From an uncultured Gammaproteobacteria bacterium (GTDB taxonomy: Bacteria; Patescibacteriota; Microgenomatia; UBA10105; UBA927), in assembly GCA_964629685.1 (NCBI GenBank), contig CAZVTT010000001.1, positions 705,319-769,318 on the forward strand: a stretch of DNA of 64,000 nt, in the 5' to 3' direction. Below, piece by piece: positions 27,821-36,355 of this stretch. The notes under the pieces were generated by a model. That model saw nothing but the letters and a program-made list of their open reading frames with translations. It searched no databases and had not been told where the DNA came from. Every line of letters begins with the position of its first letter. Positions within the stretch are counted from its first letter, which is position 1. Both the position numbers and the translations under genes were made by a program.

Positions 27821-29403
27821 TTATGAAGCTACTCGATCACATACTTATCGGTCTTGGAAAATTGACGGTAGCGTTATTACCGGTAATTTTGCTGCTCGCC
27901 ATGGGTATGGCGTTTTACGGTGTGACGCTGCGGGGTATTGCCGGTAAACCGGACATCGCTGCGGTAAAAGATAATTTAGACCAGGCAACACAACCCTTTG
28001 AACTTTCTCCGGAACGGGGTAGGTATGCAATTATTGTGTCTCTGGCAGAAGATGGTACCTTTTCGCTCCGTCCTGACTTGGGCATGATGGTGTATCCAGA
28101 CGTAGGATATTACAACGGTAAATTTTACTCTTACTTTGCTCCCGGTATATCCGTGTTTGCTCTGCCGTTTTATCAGTTGGGTTTACTGTATAACCTTCCT
28201 CAGGTAGCGGCATATGCATCAGTTGCCGTAACCGCAATACTTAATTTGGTTTTATTGTACGTAATCTGTCGGTGGGTGTTCCGGTTACCCCTTTGGGCAA
28301 GTTTGGCTGCACCCATTATTTTCGGTTTTGGAACCACATCCTGGAGCTATGCCATTACGCTCTATCAGCATCAAATGACCACGTTCTTAATATTAAGCAG
28401 TTTTATGGCGGTATGGAAAATTACCCAGGGAACCCGTTGGAATCCGATACTCGCGTCCTGGGTTTGGTTTGCCTTCGGGTTTGCCGTGTTTATTGATTAC
28501 CCCAATGTGTTGCTGATGGCTCCCGTGATGTTGTATTTTGCCTGGAGTCTATTTGAGCGGGTAAACATAGTCGGAAAAAAGCTGACGGTAACCATCCGTC
28601 CTTCGTTACTGCTAACATCTGTGGTATTAATTACCTGGATATTTGTACATGGGTATTACAACCAGGTGAACTTCGGCAGCTGGAAACGGGTAAGCGGCAG
28701 CTTGGTGGGATACAAATCGATTCTGGAAAAAGATCTGCAGAATCAGGAAAATCCTGAGGCTGTCATCGAAGGGGAAAAGGGCGAAAAAAATCCGGTTAAA
28801 TTCTTCTCTGAGGAAAAAACGCCTTTCGGCTTTTATACCTTACTCTATTCGGAAGACCGCGGACTATTATTGTACGCACCGATATTGGCCGTAGGTATTC
28901 TCGGGCTATTCTGGGCTGCCCGGCAAAAAAATGCTGCCATGAGCGCCTTAATCGGATCAGTAGGGGTAAACGTGTTTCTGTATTCCAGTTGGGGAGATCC
29001 TTGGGGTGGTTGGGCTTATGGACCGCGGTATTTGATTCCGAGCATGGCATACTTGTCTGTTTTCGCCATGCTGTGGCTGGTGCACGGTAAATGGCGACCG
29101 TTCTTCCGGATTATCTCCTGGCCATTGTTTGGATTTTCCAGTGCCGTTGCTTTACTGGGTGCGCTGACGACCAATTCGGTACCGCCGAAAGTGGAAGCCG
29201 ATTATTTAAAAACCGGGTATAACTTTTTCCGTAATTTGGATTTTTACCTTGACGGACGAAGCGGCAGCTTTGCACTGCGCGAATATTTATGGCCGTACGT
29301 TACTCTGGGTCAGTTATTCGGATATATCTGGTTATTTTTACTGGTGATAATGTTTGTGTTGTTGATCGTTATGCCGTTATTCCGGAGGCGAAATGGACAT
29401 TAA
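27817..29403 (+). CDS. Polytopic GT-C-type membrane glycosyltransferase (PMT_2/ArnT-like); paralog of the previous gene
   Basis: ERGRYAIIVSLAEDGTFSL...FAPGISVFALPFYQLG parallels the corresponding loop of the 26288 product. Its ATG at 27817 lies immediately upstream of the previous gene's TGA at 27818-27820, so the two ORFs are out of frame; the exact start/stop junction could not be pinned down. Confidence 0.45.
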   Translation: MIMKLLDHILIGLGKLTVALLPVILLLAMGMAFYGVTLRGIAGKPDIAAVKDNLDQATQPFELSPERGRYAIIVSLAEDGTFSLRPDLGMMVYPDVGYYNGKFYSYFAPGISVFALPFYQLGLLYNLPQVAAYASVAVTAILNLVLLYVICRWVFRLPLWASLAAPIIFGFGTTSWSYAITLYQHQMTTFLILSSFMAVWKITQGTRWNPILASWVWFAFGFAVFIDYPNVLLMAPVMLYFAWSLFERVNIVGKKLTVTIRPSLLLTSVVLITWIFVHGYYNQVNFGSWKRVSGSLVGYKSILEKDLQNQENPEAVIEGEKGEKNPVKFFSEEKTPFGFYTLLYSEDRGLLLYAPILAVGILGLFWAARQKNAAMSALIGSVGVNVFLYSSWGDPWGGWAYGPRYLIPSMAYLSVFAMLWLVHGKWRPFFRIISWPLFGFSSAVALLGALTTNSVPPKVEADYLKTGYNFFRNLDFYLDGRSGSFALREYLWPYVTLGQLFGYIWLFLLVIMFVLLIVMPLFRRRNGH

Positions 29404-30982
29404 TCTGAGCTGGATGCTTTCTATTGCAGAAAGACTAAAACGGTGGGCGCATGCACGGCCCGGGCTGTTTTTTGTACTGACACCTGCCATAAGTACGGCG
29501 GTGGTTAGTACACTGTATTTCCTGATGCAGGATACCATCGTGGCCTACGGGGACGCGGAATCGCATTTAAATATTGCCAAACGGGTTATTCATAGTATTA
29601 CCCCCGGTATTGCCCAGCTGGGAGGCATCTGGTTACCACTGCCGCACGTGATGATGGTGCCGTTCGTTGCCATAGACGCATTGTGGCGTACTGGCTTGGC
29701 CGGATCAATTGTTTCCGGTATGTGTTATCTGATTGCGGCAGTATTCCTGTACAAATTAGCCATGCTGGTGATCGGAAACAAATGGGCGGCGGTGCTTACA
29801 TCACTCGTATTTGTATTTAATCCCAATATTATGTATTTGCAGGCGACGTCCATGACGGAGCTGCCGTTAATCGCATTTTTTACATTATCCAGTTATTTCT
29901 TTATAAAATATCTGAAGGGTAAACAGCCGTTATACTCGCTGGTGTTGGCAGCATTCTTTGGATTTTGCGCCGTTTTGTCCCGCTATGATGGTTGGTTTTT
30001 GGTTCTTTTTGAGTCTTTGATTATTGGGATTCAGGGTTTTGTATTGCGTTGGAAATGGAAAAAAATAGAGGGTAGCGGAATTTTGTTCGTGACCTTGGCG
30101 TTCTTCGGTATTCTGCTCTGGCTATTGTGGGGACAGCTTATTCTGGGGAATGCGCTATATTTTACGCAAAGTCAGTTTAGTGCCCAGACCCAGCAACGGG
30201 CCTGGCTTGCCAAAGGTGAATTACCGGCGTATCACAATGCCTGGTTGGCAGCAGCATATTATTTTGTGACGGCGATGGGTAATGCCGGAATTTTATTGTG
30301 GTTTGTGGCTATCGCGGGTTTGATAGTATATTTGCGCCGGGGGACAGACAGAAAAAGATTTTTAATAGTGTTATTGCTGATGGTGCCGTTTCTGTTTAAC
30401 TTTGTAACCTTATTCATGGGGCAGTCGGTAATTTTTATACCGCACCTGACACCCGTGTCTTTTGAATGGCGGTTATTTAACGTACGGTACGGTGCCATGA
30501 TGATTCCCGTGGTCGCGTTTTTTATCGGAACGTTATTCAGCAGAGCCTCAAAATTCGGAAAAGTAGTTATACTGGGTTTGTTTATGGCGCAATTTGGATT
30601 ATTCGGAATCGGATATACCAATGTCATTAGTTATGCCGATGGTGTAGTAGGGTTATCCCATGCCAAACGGCCTGACGCCGAGCAATGGATGAAACAACAC
30701 TATGACGGCGGACTGGTACTTTTGGATGACTATGCACGTACCATGAGTATTATCCGGGCAGGCATTCCGATGCAGAATGTAATATATATTGGGAATAAGC
30801 CGTATTGGGAAGAGTCATTGCAGGACCCGGCCAAATATGCGGTATGGATCGTAATGCAGAAAGATGATGCCGTGTGGACGAGTTTAATAAACGATAAGGC
30901 AGTAGAAGGCAGACTTTACGCAACATTTGAAAAAGTTTATACTTCCCCGGAAATTCTCATTTTTCGCCGTCAGGAAAAATAA
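29393..30982 (+). CDS. Polytopic GT-C-type membrane glycosyltransferase (GT39/PMT_2-like)
   Basis: 529 aa and very hydrophobic. The N-terminal loop reads IVAYGDAESHLNIAKRV. Confidence 0.45.
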   Translation: MDINLSWMLSIAERLKRWAHARPGLFFVLTPAISTAVVSTLYFLMQDTIVAYGDAESHLNIAKRVIHSITPGIAQLGGIWLPLPHVMMVPFVAIDALWRTGLAGSIVSGMCYLIAAVFLYKLAMLVIGNKWAAVLTSLVFVFNPNIMYLQATSMTELPLIAFFTLSSYFFIKYLKGKQPLYSLVLAAFFGFCAVLSRYDGWFLVLFESLIIGIQGFVLRWKWKKIEGSGILFVTLAFFGILLWLLWGQLILGNALYFTQSQFSAQTQQRAWLAKGELPAYHNAWLAAAYYFVTAMGNAGILLWFVAIAGLIVYLRRGTDRKRFLIVLLLMVPFLFNFVTLFMGQSVIFIPHLTPVSFEWRLFNVRYGAMMIPVVAFFIGTLFSRASKFGKVVILGLFMAQFGLFGIGYTNVISYADGVVGLSHAKRPDAEQWMKQHYDGGLVLLDDYARTMSIIRAGIPMQNVIYIGNKPYWEESLQDPAKYAVWIVMQKDDAVWTSLINDKAVEGRLYATFEKVYTSPEILIFRRQEK

Positions 30983-32235
30983 TGAACTATCTTTTGTTTC
31001 TTTTTATCGTGTGCGGTTTGCTTCTGAAACCTGCACAGGTTTTTGCAGCTGAACGTTTTTGGCCGATAGTATCTATAGATACCATGAAATATTCCCGGGA
31101 CAGAGCCCGCGAGTCGGGAATGAGAGAGCAGATACCGGCGTATATTACCGCGGTGGCGGCACTTCAGCCCACTCATATAGCGATAGGGACTCCCTATGAT
31201 GAAGAATTTTATCCTGTGATGAAGGTTTGGGTTGACGAAATCAGAAAGCAGAACATGCATGTTTGGTTCCGGGGTAATTTTTCCGGATGGGAGGGGTGGT
31301 TTGATTATCCGAAATTAAAATCGGTGGCGGAGCATCATATAAAAACCCGGGCTTTTATTGAGAAGCATCCGGATTTATTTGAAAATGGGGATATTTTTAC
31401 TCCGGCTCCGGAACCGGAAAATGGTTTGATCCGGGATCCAAGGCATGCAGACGGTAATAAAACGGAGTTCTTAAAATTCTTGACGGATTCATATAGTACC
31501 TGTGCTACAGCTATGAAAAAAGTCAAAAAGGATGTGCGCTGCGGATATTTTTCCATGAACGGAGACGTAGCCAGGGAAATAATGACCAAAGAGGCGGTGG
31601 CTTCAAGCGGCGGTGTGTTGGTTATAGACCATTACGTAAAGGAACCGGAGAAATTAGTGAAGGATGTGGAGTTTTTGTATGAAAAATACGGGTATCCGGT
31701 GGTGTTGGGGGAATTCGGGGCACCAATTCCCGACATAAACGGCAATATGACTCCTGAGCAGCAATCCGGGTATATTACGGATGTGCTTACCGGATTGTTG
31801 CGGTTAAAAGAAAAAGTCGGCGGTATGAACTATTGGACCGCTTTTGACGGTACTACGCAGCTCTTTCAGAAAGATTTAGTTGCCAGACCGGCTGCCAGCG
31901 CCCTTTCACTCATGTATAAACCTTCGGTGTTACGCGGTACGGTAACCGATCAATTCCATGCACCGCTTAAAGATGTGACGTTAATGGTGGCCAAGGGAGC
32001 CGTAACCGTAAAAACGAATGCTGACGGTGTATACGAATTGCCATTACCGAATTTAGTCACAAAAGTAGTAGTTTCTCCTCCTGATGAGACTTTGGTGGCA
32101 GGCGTGGTTAACGTAGAGCTGGAAACCAGAAGCGATATGGAACGGAATATTATTTTAAGCAGGACGGATAACAGTTTTTATGGTCGGGTTGTGCGCTTTT
32201 TACGAAATTTTGTGGCTAAAATACTATCTCAGTAA
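30982..32235 (+). CDS. Secreted clan GH-A-like glycoside hydrolase with a C-terminal beta-sandwich (CarboxypepD_reg-like) domain
   Basis: A signal peptide is present (MNYLLFLFIVCGLLLKPAQVFAAE). PAPEPENG is a candidate acid/base motif. VVLGEFGAP is a candidate nucleophile motif. The C-terminus reads GTVTDQFHAPLKDVTLMVAKGAVTVKTNADGVYELP. Confidence 0.4.
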   Translation: MNYLLFLFIVCGLLLKPAQVFAAERFWPIVSIDTMKYSRDRARESGMREQIPAYITAVAALQPTHIAIGTPYDEEFYPVMKVWVDEIRKQNMHVWFRGNFSGWEGWFDYPKLKSVAEHHIKTRAFIEKHPDLFENGDIFTPAPEPENGLIRDPRHADGNKTEFLKFLTDSYSTCATAMKKVKKDVRCGYFSMNGDVAREIMTKEAVASSGGVLVIDHYVKEPEKLVKDVEFLYEKYGYPVVLGEFGAPIPDINGNMTPEQQSGYITDVLTGLLRLKEKVGGMNYWTAFDGTTQLFQKDLVARPAASALSLMYKPSVLRGTVTDQFHAPLKDVTLMVAKGAVTVKTNADGVYELPLPNLVTKVVVSPPDETLVAGVVNVELETRSDMERNIILSRTDNSFYGRVVRFLRNFVAKILSQ

Positions 32236-32326
32236 CCGGCACGTTTCGGTGAGGTAGTTTTGACATATATAGATATAGATATGATGTCTTGATGATTACT
32301 TGATACTCCTATAGTGTAAAAGCACT

Positions 32327-33220
32327 ATGAAAACTGCCCATTTCGTACCGTTAACCCTTGTTTTTGTTCTCTCTTTTTTTGTACTCGCCCGTTCGGTTTC
32401 CGCTGCTGCTCCCGATGGTGCAGGGCCTTGGGCTGACGCCGTTACCTCTTTCAGCCAGGGATTTACCAAAGACGGAAGCTCTGTCCCGGCACTCAGGAGT
32501 GATCCTGCGGCGGCGCTAGGGGTAGCCGAAGATGATACCGCAGAAGGTCATTTTGTTTCATTGGGATTCGGCGGAGTACTAACCTTACGTTTTGATAATC
32601 CGGTCCGGACCGGTGTGCTCGTGTTTGAGGCTACAAACCCCAATTATCCGGCGGAAAAGGCTACTATTTCTGTTTCTGCTGACGGGGTAAGTTGGACTTC
32701 CGCGGGAAGCATTTCCCAGGACGGACAGGTTTCGTTGCCGGAGGGGATTACCTGTGCCAAATACGTGAAAATTACGGACACCAGTATAAAGGAAGATTTT
32801 GTCGAAGGATCTGCTGATGCATATGATGTAGATGGGGTGAAAGCGGTTGGTACCGAGCCCTGTTCGAACCCAACTCCGACTCCGTCTCCCACGCCAACAC
32901 CTACACCGGACGGTTGTGGACCGGACACGAATGTAAATATTTCCGGGAACGGAGCCGGTTCGGTAAACAAGGTGATTAAGAATGGCTCGAATTCAACCAG
33001 CGTCGTGGTTGGTGCTCAATCCAAGGTCAAAACGACCGTAAAAACCAAAGCTGTTTCCGGAAATAATAAAGTTAAGAATAATACCGGAGGAGGGGTAACG
33101 GTAACGTCCGGCTCCAGTACCTCTTCTACCACCGTGGGAACGGTGGTGGGAGGTACCACTGTCAGTGTCACTAATTCCTGCTGCGGCTGCGGTGAATCCT
33201 GCTCCCATAAAACGGAGTAA
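32327..33220 (+). CDS. Secreted protein with an unknown beta-rich N-terminal domain, a PT-rich linker and a Cys-rich C-terminal tail; paralog of the next gene
   Basis: A signal peptide is present. The domain AAAPDGAGPWADAV...LGFGGVLTLRFDN...SADGVSWTSAGSISQDGQVSLPEGITCAKYVKITDTS is shared with the 33348 product. The linker is TPTPSPTPTPTP. The protein ends SCCGCGESCSHKTE. Confidence 0.45.
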   Translation: MKTAHFVPLTLVFVLSFFVLARSVSAAAPDGAGPWADAVTSFSQGFTKDGSSVPALRSDPAAALGVAEDDTAEGHFVSLGFGGVLTLRFDNPVRTGVLVFEATNPNYPAEKATISVSADGVSWTSAGSISQDGQVSLPEGITCAKYVKITDTSIKEDFVEGSADAYDVDGVKAVGTEPCSNPTPTPSPTPTPTPDGCGPDTNVNISGNGAGSVNKVIKNGSNSTSVVVGAQSKVKTTVKTKAVSGNNKVKNNTGGGVTVTSGSSTSSTTVGTVVGGTTVSVTNSCCGCGESCSHKTE

Positions 33221-33286
33221 AGGGTAAAGGCAAAGTGCAATAAAATCTACTGTTTTAGCCTCAATTATTTAGGCCTATAGCGCCTA

Positions 33287-33314
33287 TTGCTTTTTGTTCT
33301 TTGTGTGCTATAAT
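33287..33314 (+). promoter_or_regulatory. Putative promoter: -35 TTGCTT, 16-nt spacer, extended -10 TGcTATAAT
   Basis: TTGCTT occupies 33287-33292. TGCTATAAT occupies 33306-33314. It is preceded by a weak hairpin (TAGGC...GCCTA, 33270-33286) and a T-rich run, which may act as a terminator for the upstream gene. Confidence 0.35.
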
Positions 33315-33347
33315 ACATCTCTATTGTATAAGTTATAGGACACAATT

Positions 33348-34439
33348 ATGAACAAATTTTTCAGCTTGATTTTCGTATTGGCTTTCCTGGCTTTAACGCC
33401 TACTTTTGCATATTCTGCAGCTCCAGACGGTAATGGTCCCTGGGCAGATGGCGTAGTAACTTCTCACCAAACTACTATTCGAAACGGCGCTCTTGTTAGC
33501 GACGTAGCACCGGCCCGTAGCAATCCACAATCGGCCGTTGGTGTGGCAGAGAATGACACTACCGAAGGAAATTTCTTTTCTTTAGGATTCGGCGGATCAA
33601 TTACCCTGAGTTTTGATAACGGTATTCGTGGTGGTGTAATCGTAGTGGAAGCGACTAATCCACAGTATCCGGTAGAACATGCTCAAGTAGAGGTTTCTGC
33701 GGACGGATCTACCTGGTTTAGTGCAGGTTCTATAGATCAGGACGGTGAAGTGAATATGCCGGAAGATCTGGCATGTGCACGCTTTGTGCGGATTACCGAT
33801 ACCAGTAACGTAAATGATTTTGCTGAAGATACTGCAGATGGATTTGATGTCGATGGTGTACAGGCGCGTGATGCCGGTTCCTGTGAACCTACGGAAACTC
33901 CAAGCGTTACGCCTACACCCAGCCCAACTCAGGCTCCGTCAAACGACAACAATAATAACAACAATAATAATGGTGGTGGCAGTGGCCAGCCGGCACAATG
34001 TAATGCCGCTAAACCTCCTACCCCGACTTTAACATCGGTAAACCGTACCAGTGGAACAACGGCAAATCTTACCTGGACCGCCGTATCACCGGTAACGCAT
34101 TATGCAATATCGTACGGTTTAAAACCGGGTGAATATCAGTACGGCGTACCGAATACCGGAAACGTCACCAGTTTTTCCATTGGTGGTCTAGATCCAAACG
34201 CATCGTATTACTTTTCAGTTCGTGCCATAAATGACTGTACTCCTGGAGAAGCTTCCGGAAACGGATCAACAGGCAGCGTGCTGGGTGCCAGCACCGGCGG
34301 ACAGGTATTGGGGGCATCTACCGATACACTCGCGGCCACCGGATCATCTGCTGAATTGTTCAGAATACTGTCTGCAGTGGCAACTTCTGTTGTTACGGCC
34401 ACAGTTCTGCTACGATCAGTTCAGGATGAAAATAGGTAA
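33348..34439 (+). CDS. Secreted surface protein: unknown N-terminal domain, a poly-Asn/PT linker, a fibronectin-III-like domain and a C-terminal LAATG sortase sorting signal
   Basis: The N-terminal domain is homologous to that of the 32327 product. The linker reads TPSVTPTPSPTQAPSNDNNNNNNNNGGGSG. The FN3-like stretch reads LTWTAVSPVTHYAISYGLKPGEYQY...SYYFSVRAIND. The C-terminus has LAATG (nt 34329-34343), then a hydrophobic stretch, then RSVQDENR. Confidence 0.55.
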   Translation: MNKFFSLIFVLAFLALTPTFAYSAAPDGNGPWADGVVTSHQTTIRNGALVSDVAPARSNPQSAVGVAENDTTEGNFFSLGFGGSITLSFDNGIRGGVIVVEATNPQYPVEHAQVEVSADGSTWFSAGSIDQDGEVNMPEDLACARFVRITDTSNVNDFAEDTADGFDVDGVQARDAGSCEPTETPSVTPTPSPTQAPSNDNNNNNNNNGGGSGQPAQCNAAKPPTPTLTSVNRTSGTTANLTWTAVSPVTHYAISYGLKPGEYQYGVPNTGNVTSFSIGGLDPNASYYFSVRAINDCTPGEASGNGSTGSVLGASTGGQVLGASTDTLAATGSSAELFRILSAVATSVVTATVLLRSVQDENR

Positions 34440-34992
34440 GCTACCGGAAAAAATCAGACAAAACGTTATTCCGTTTCTTTTTCTATCGTTGTCTTCTGGG
34501 GTATTGGTGTATATTCTGTTGGGAACAGCTTCCCCGAATACCAAACCGATACCGGTTCCCACGAATCCCATCGTTACTGTTACCACTACACCGGTAGCGG
34601 AAACGAAACATCCGCCAGTTGCTATCCGTATTCCCGCTATAAAAAGTGAATTACCCGTTCAGGCGGCTTTGGTTCATGATAATCAGTGGGACATGTTTGA
34701 TAATGCAGTAGCGTGGTTGTCGACATCCGCAGTTCCCGGGGAAGGGAACGTAATTCTTTATGCACATAACCGCGCCAAATTGTGGCGGGATTTGTATAAA
34801 GTAAAACCCGGTGATGTTATAGAAGTTCAACAGCAAGATACCTGGTTACGGTACATCGTGACCGAGTCACGAACGGTAACACCCAAGGATATAGACGCGA
34901 TTCTGGCAAGTCAGGAACAGCTCACGTTGTATACCTGTGAAGGAACTTTTGACCAGAAACGCCGCCTTGTTTACGCTGCTCCGGAAAAATAA
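34426..34992 (+). CDS. Sortase (transpeptidase), membrane-anchored
   Basis: An N-terminal TM helix is present. ILYAHNR supplies a His motif. LTLYTCEG supplies the TLxTC catalytic Cys. An Arg lies 9-10 residues downstream (QKRRLVY). The start was set at the ATG at 34426, which overlaps the substrate gene's 3' end by 14 nt. Confidence 0.55.
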   Translation: MKIGKLPEKIRQNVIPFLFLSLSSGVLVYILLGTASPNTKPIPVPTNPIVTVTTTPVAETKHPPVAIRIPAIKSELPVQAALVHDNQWDMFDNAVAWLSTSAVPGEGNVILYAHNRAKLWRDLYKVKPGDVIEVQQQDTWLRYIVTESRTVTPKDIDAILASQEQLTLYTCEGTFDQKRRLVYAAPEK

Positions 34993-35049
34993 ATCCTGCT
35001 TGGTGTGGAATTTTTTTGTGTACCTCTATATAGTGGTAATAGAGACCTT

Positions 35050-36078
35050 ATGTTTGGGCTATTACGACATTTATTTCTTCCGCATCATACCAATAATCAT
35101 CGGGCTAAGTTGCTGCACCTCGATGCCCTTTGTGTATACGTCTTACTGTTTGCTATCTTTAACTTCACCATCAAAATCGGTCATCGTCAGTTTCCCGATA
35201 TATTGGGATACGCGACGGATATTCAGGTAGAACAATTGCTTTCACTGACCAATGCCAAGCGTGCTGAAAATGGATTAGGTTCACTCACGTATAATTCCAA
35301 ACTTGCTCAGGCAGCAGCCGGTAAGGCTGCCGATATGTTTGCCAAAGGATACTGGGCGCACGTGGCGCCGGATGGAAAAACGCCGTGGGATTTTATCAAA
35401 GGGGCAGGATATACCTATACCGTTGCCGGAGAAAATCTGGCGAAGAACTTCCAAAATAGCGGGGGCGTAGTGGACGCTTGGTTGGCATCTCCGTCACACA
35501 GAGAAAATTTACTTAAAGGAAATTACAAAGAGGTGGGTTTTGCTGTTGTAAACGGTGTATTAAACGGTGAAGAAACCACTTTGGTGGTCCAGATGTTCGG
35601 GACATCTACCGGTGCGGAAGTGGCCAGCGCTACTAAAAACAGTGTGGTAAAAGTTGTTCAGGCGCAGGAGCCTACAAATACGCCAACACCTACAAGCGTT
35701 ATAGCATTGGCGCAAGTTGAACCCACTTCAATTCCCGAAACTCCTACACCTACCGAAGAGTTAACACCGACGGAAACTCCCAATCCGGTGGAAGTTACAC
35801 CGGTAGCTTCCGTGATTGAACAATCACCTCCGTCTACCCCAATCGGAAGTGGAATGTTTTTGTCTTCATATAATCAGCCGATGGTAAATATACCGACACT
35901 GAGACGGGATGTTGCTATGGCTTTTGCCGGATTTATGATCGGAATACTGGCGCTGGATGTATGGCATATGACACGGAAAAAAGCCGTAAGGGCTACCGGT
36001 CATACGTTGGCACATATAGCGTTTTTGGCAGCATTAATTATTGGTATTAGTGCAGTTTTGCCGGGTAATATTTTATGA
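35050..36078 (+). CDS. CAP/SCP/PR-1-like (YkwD-type) extracellular domain protein with an N-terminal TM helix, a PT-rich linker and a C-terminal TM region
   Basis: TNAKRAENGLGSLTYNSKLAQAAAGKAADMFAKGYWAHVAPDGKTPWDFIKGAGYTYTVAGENLA...VDAWLASPSHRENLLKGNYKEVGFAVV matches the CAP superfamily. The linker reads PTNTPTPTSV...ETPTPTEELTPTETPNPVEVTPV. Confidence 0.55.
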   Translation: MFGLLRHLFLPHHTNNHRAKLLHLDALCVYVLLFAIFNFTIKIGHRQFPDILGYATDIQVEQLLSLTNAKRAENGLGSLTYNSKLAQAAAGKAADMFAKGYWAHVAPDGKTPWDFIKGAGYTYTVAGENLAKNFQNSGGVVDAWLASPSHRENLLKGNYKEVGFAVVNGVLNGEETTLVVQMFGTSTGAEVASATKNSVVKVVQAQEPTNTPTPTSVIALAQVEPTSIPETPTPTEELTPTETPNPVEVTPVASVIEQSPPSTPIGSGMFLSSYNQPMVNIPTLRRDVAMAFAGFMIGILALDVWHMTRKKAVRATGHTLAHIAFLAALIIGISAVLPGNIL

Positions 36079-36329
36079 AATCACATGTAGATAAAGTAAA
36101 TCTGCTGGTGCTCGTAGCCATATTGGGTTTGGGGATAGGTACATTTGTATACGCCCGCAGCGACAGGAGTCTGCAGCTTGCTGTAGGAATTGTTACCGCG
36201 GTGGCATATGTGCTCTGGGGACTGTTACATCATTCCCTGAAGGGTGACTTGTATCCGAAAGTCGTGGTAGAATATGTGCTCATTGGTGTGATTTCGATTC
36301 TATTACTGACGACTGTCGTAGGGTATTAA
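36075..36329 (+). CDS. Small two-TM membrane protein of unknown function
   Basis: 84 aa with two hydrophobic helices. The start ATGA-overlaps the upstream stop. Confidence 0.35.
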   Translation: MKSHVDKVNLLVLVAILGLGIGTFVYARSDRSLQLAVGIVTAVAYVLWGLLHHSLKGDLYPKVVVEYVLIGVISILLLTTVVGY

Positions 36330-36355
36330 CGGAAAACTGCGTAGAAGGAGGAGCT

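Noticed and set aside
32236-32326. The AGATAT-type tandem low-complexity stretch (ATATATAGATATAGATAT) and a TTGACA hexamer (32260-32265) as a promoter or repeat element
   Set aside because: No acceptable -10 element lies at 16-18 bp spacing. The repeat is a simple AT dinucleotide-like run, not a CRISPR or structured repeat. A promoter is possible but unsupported.
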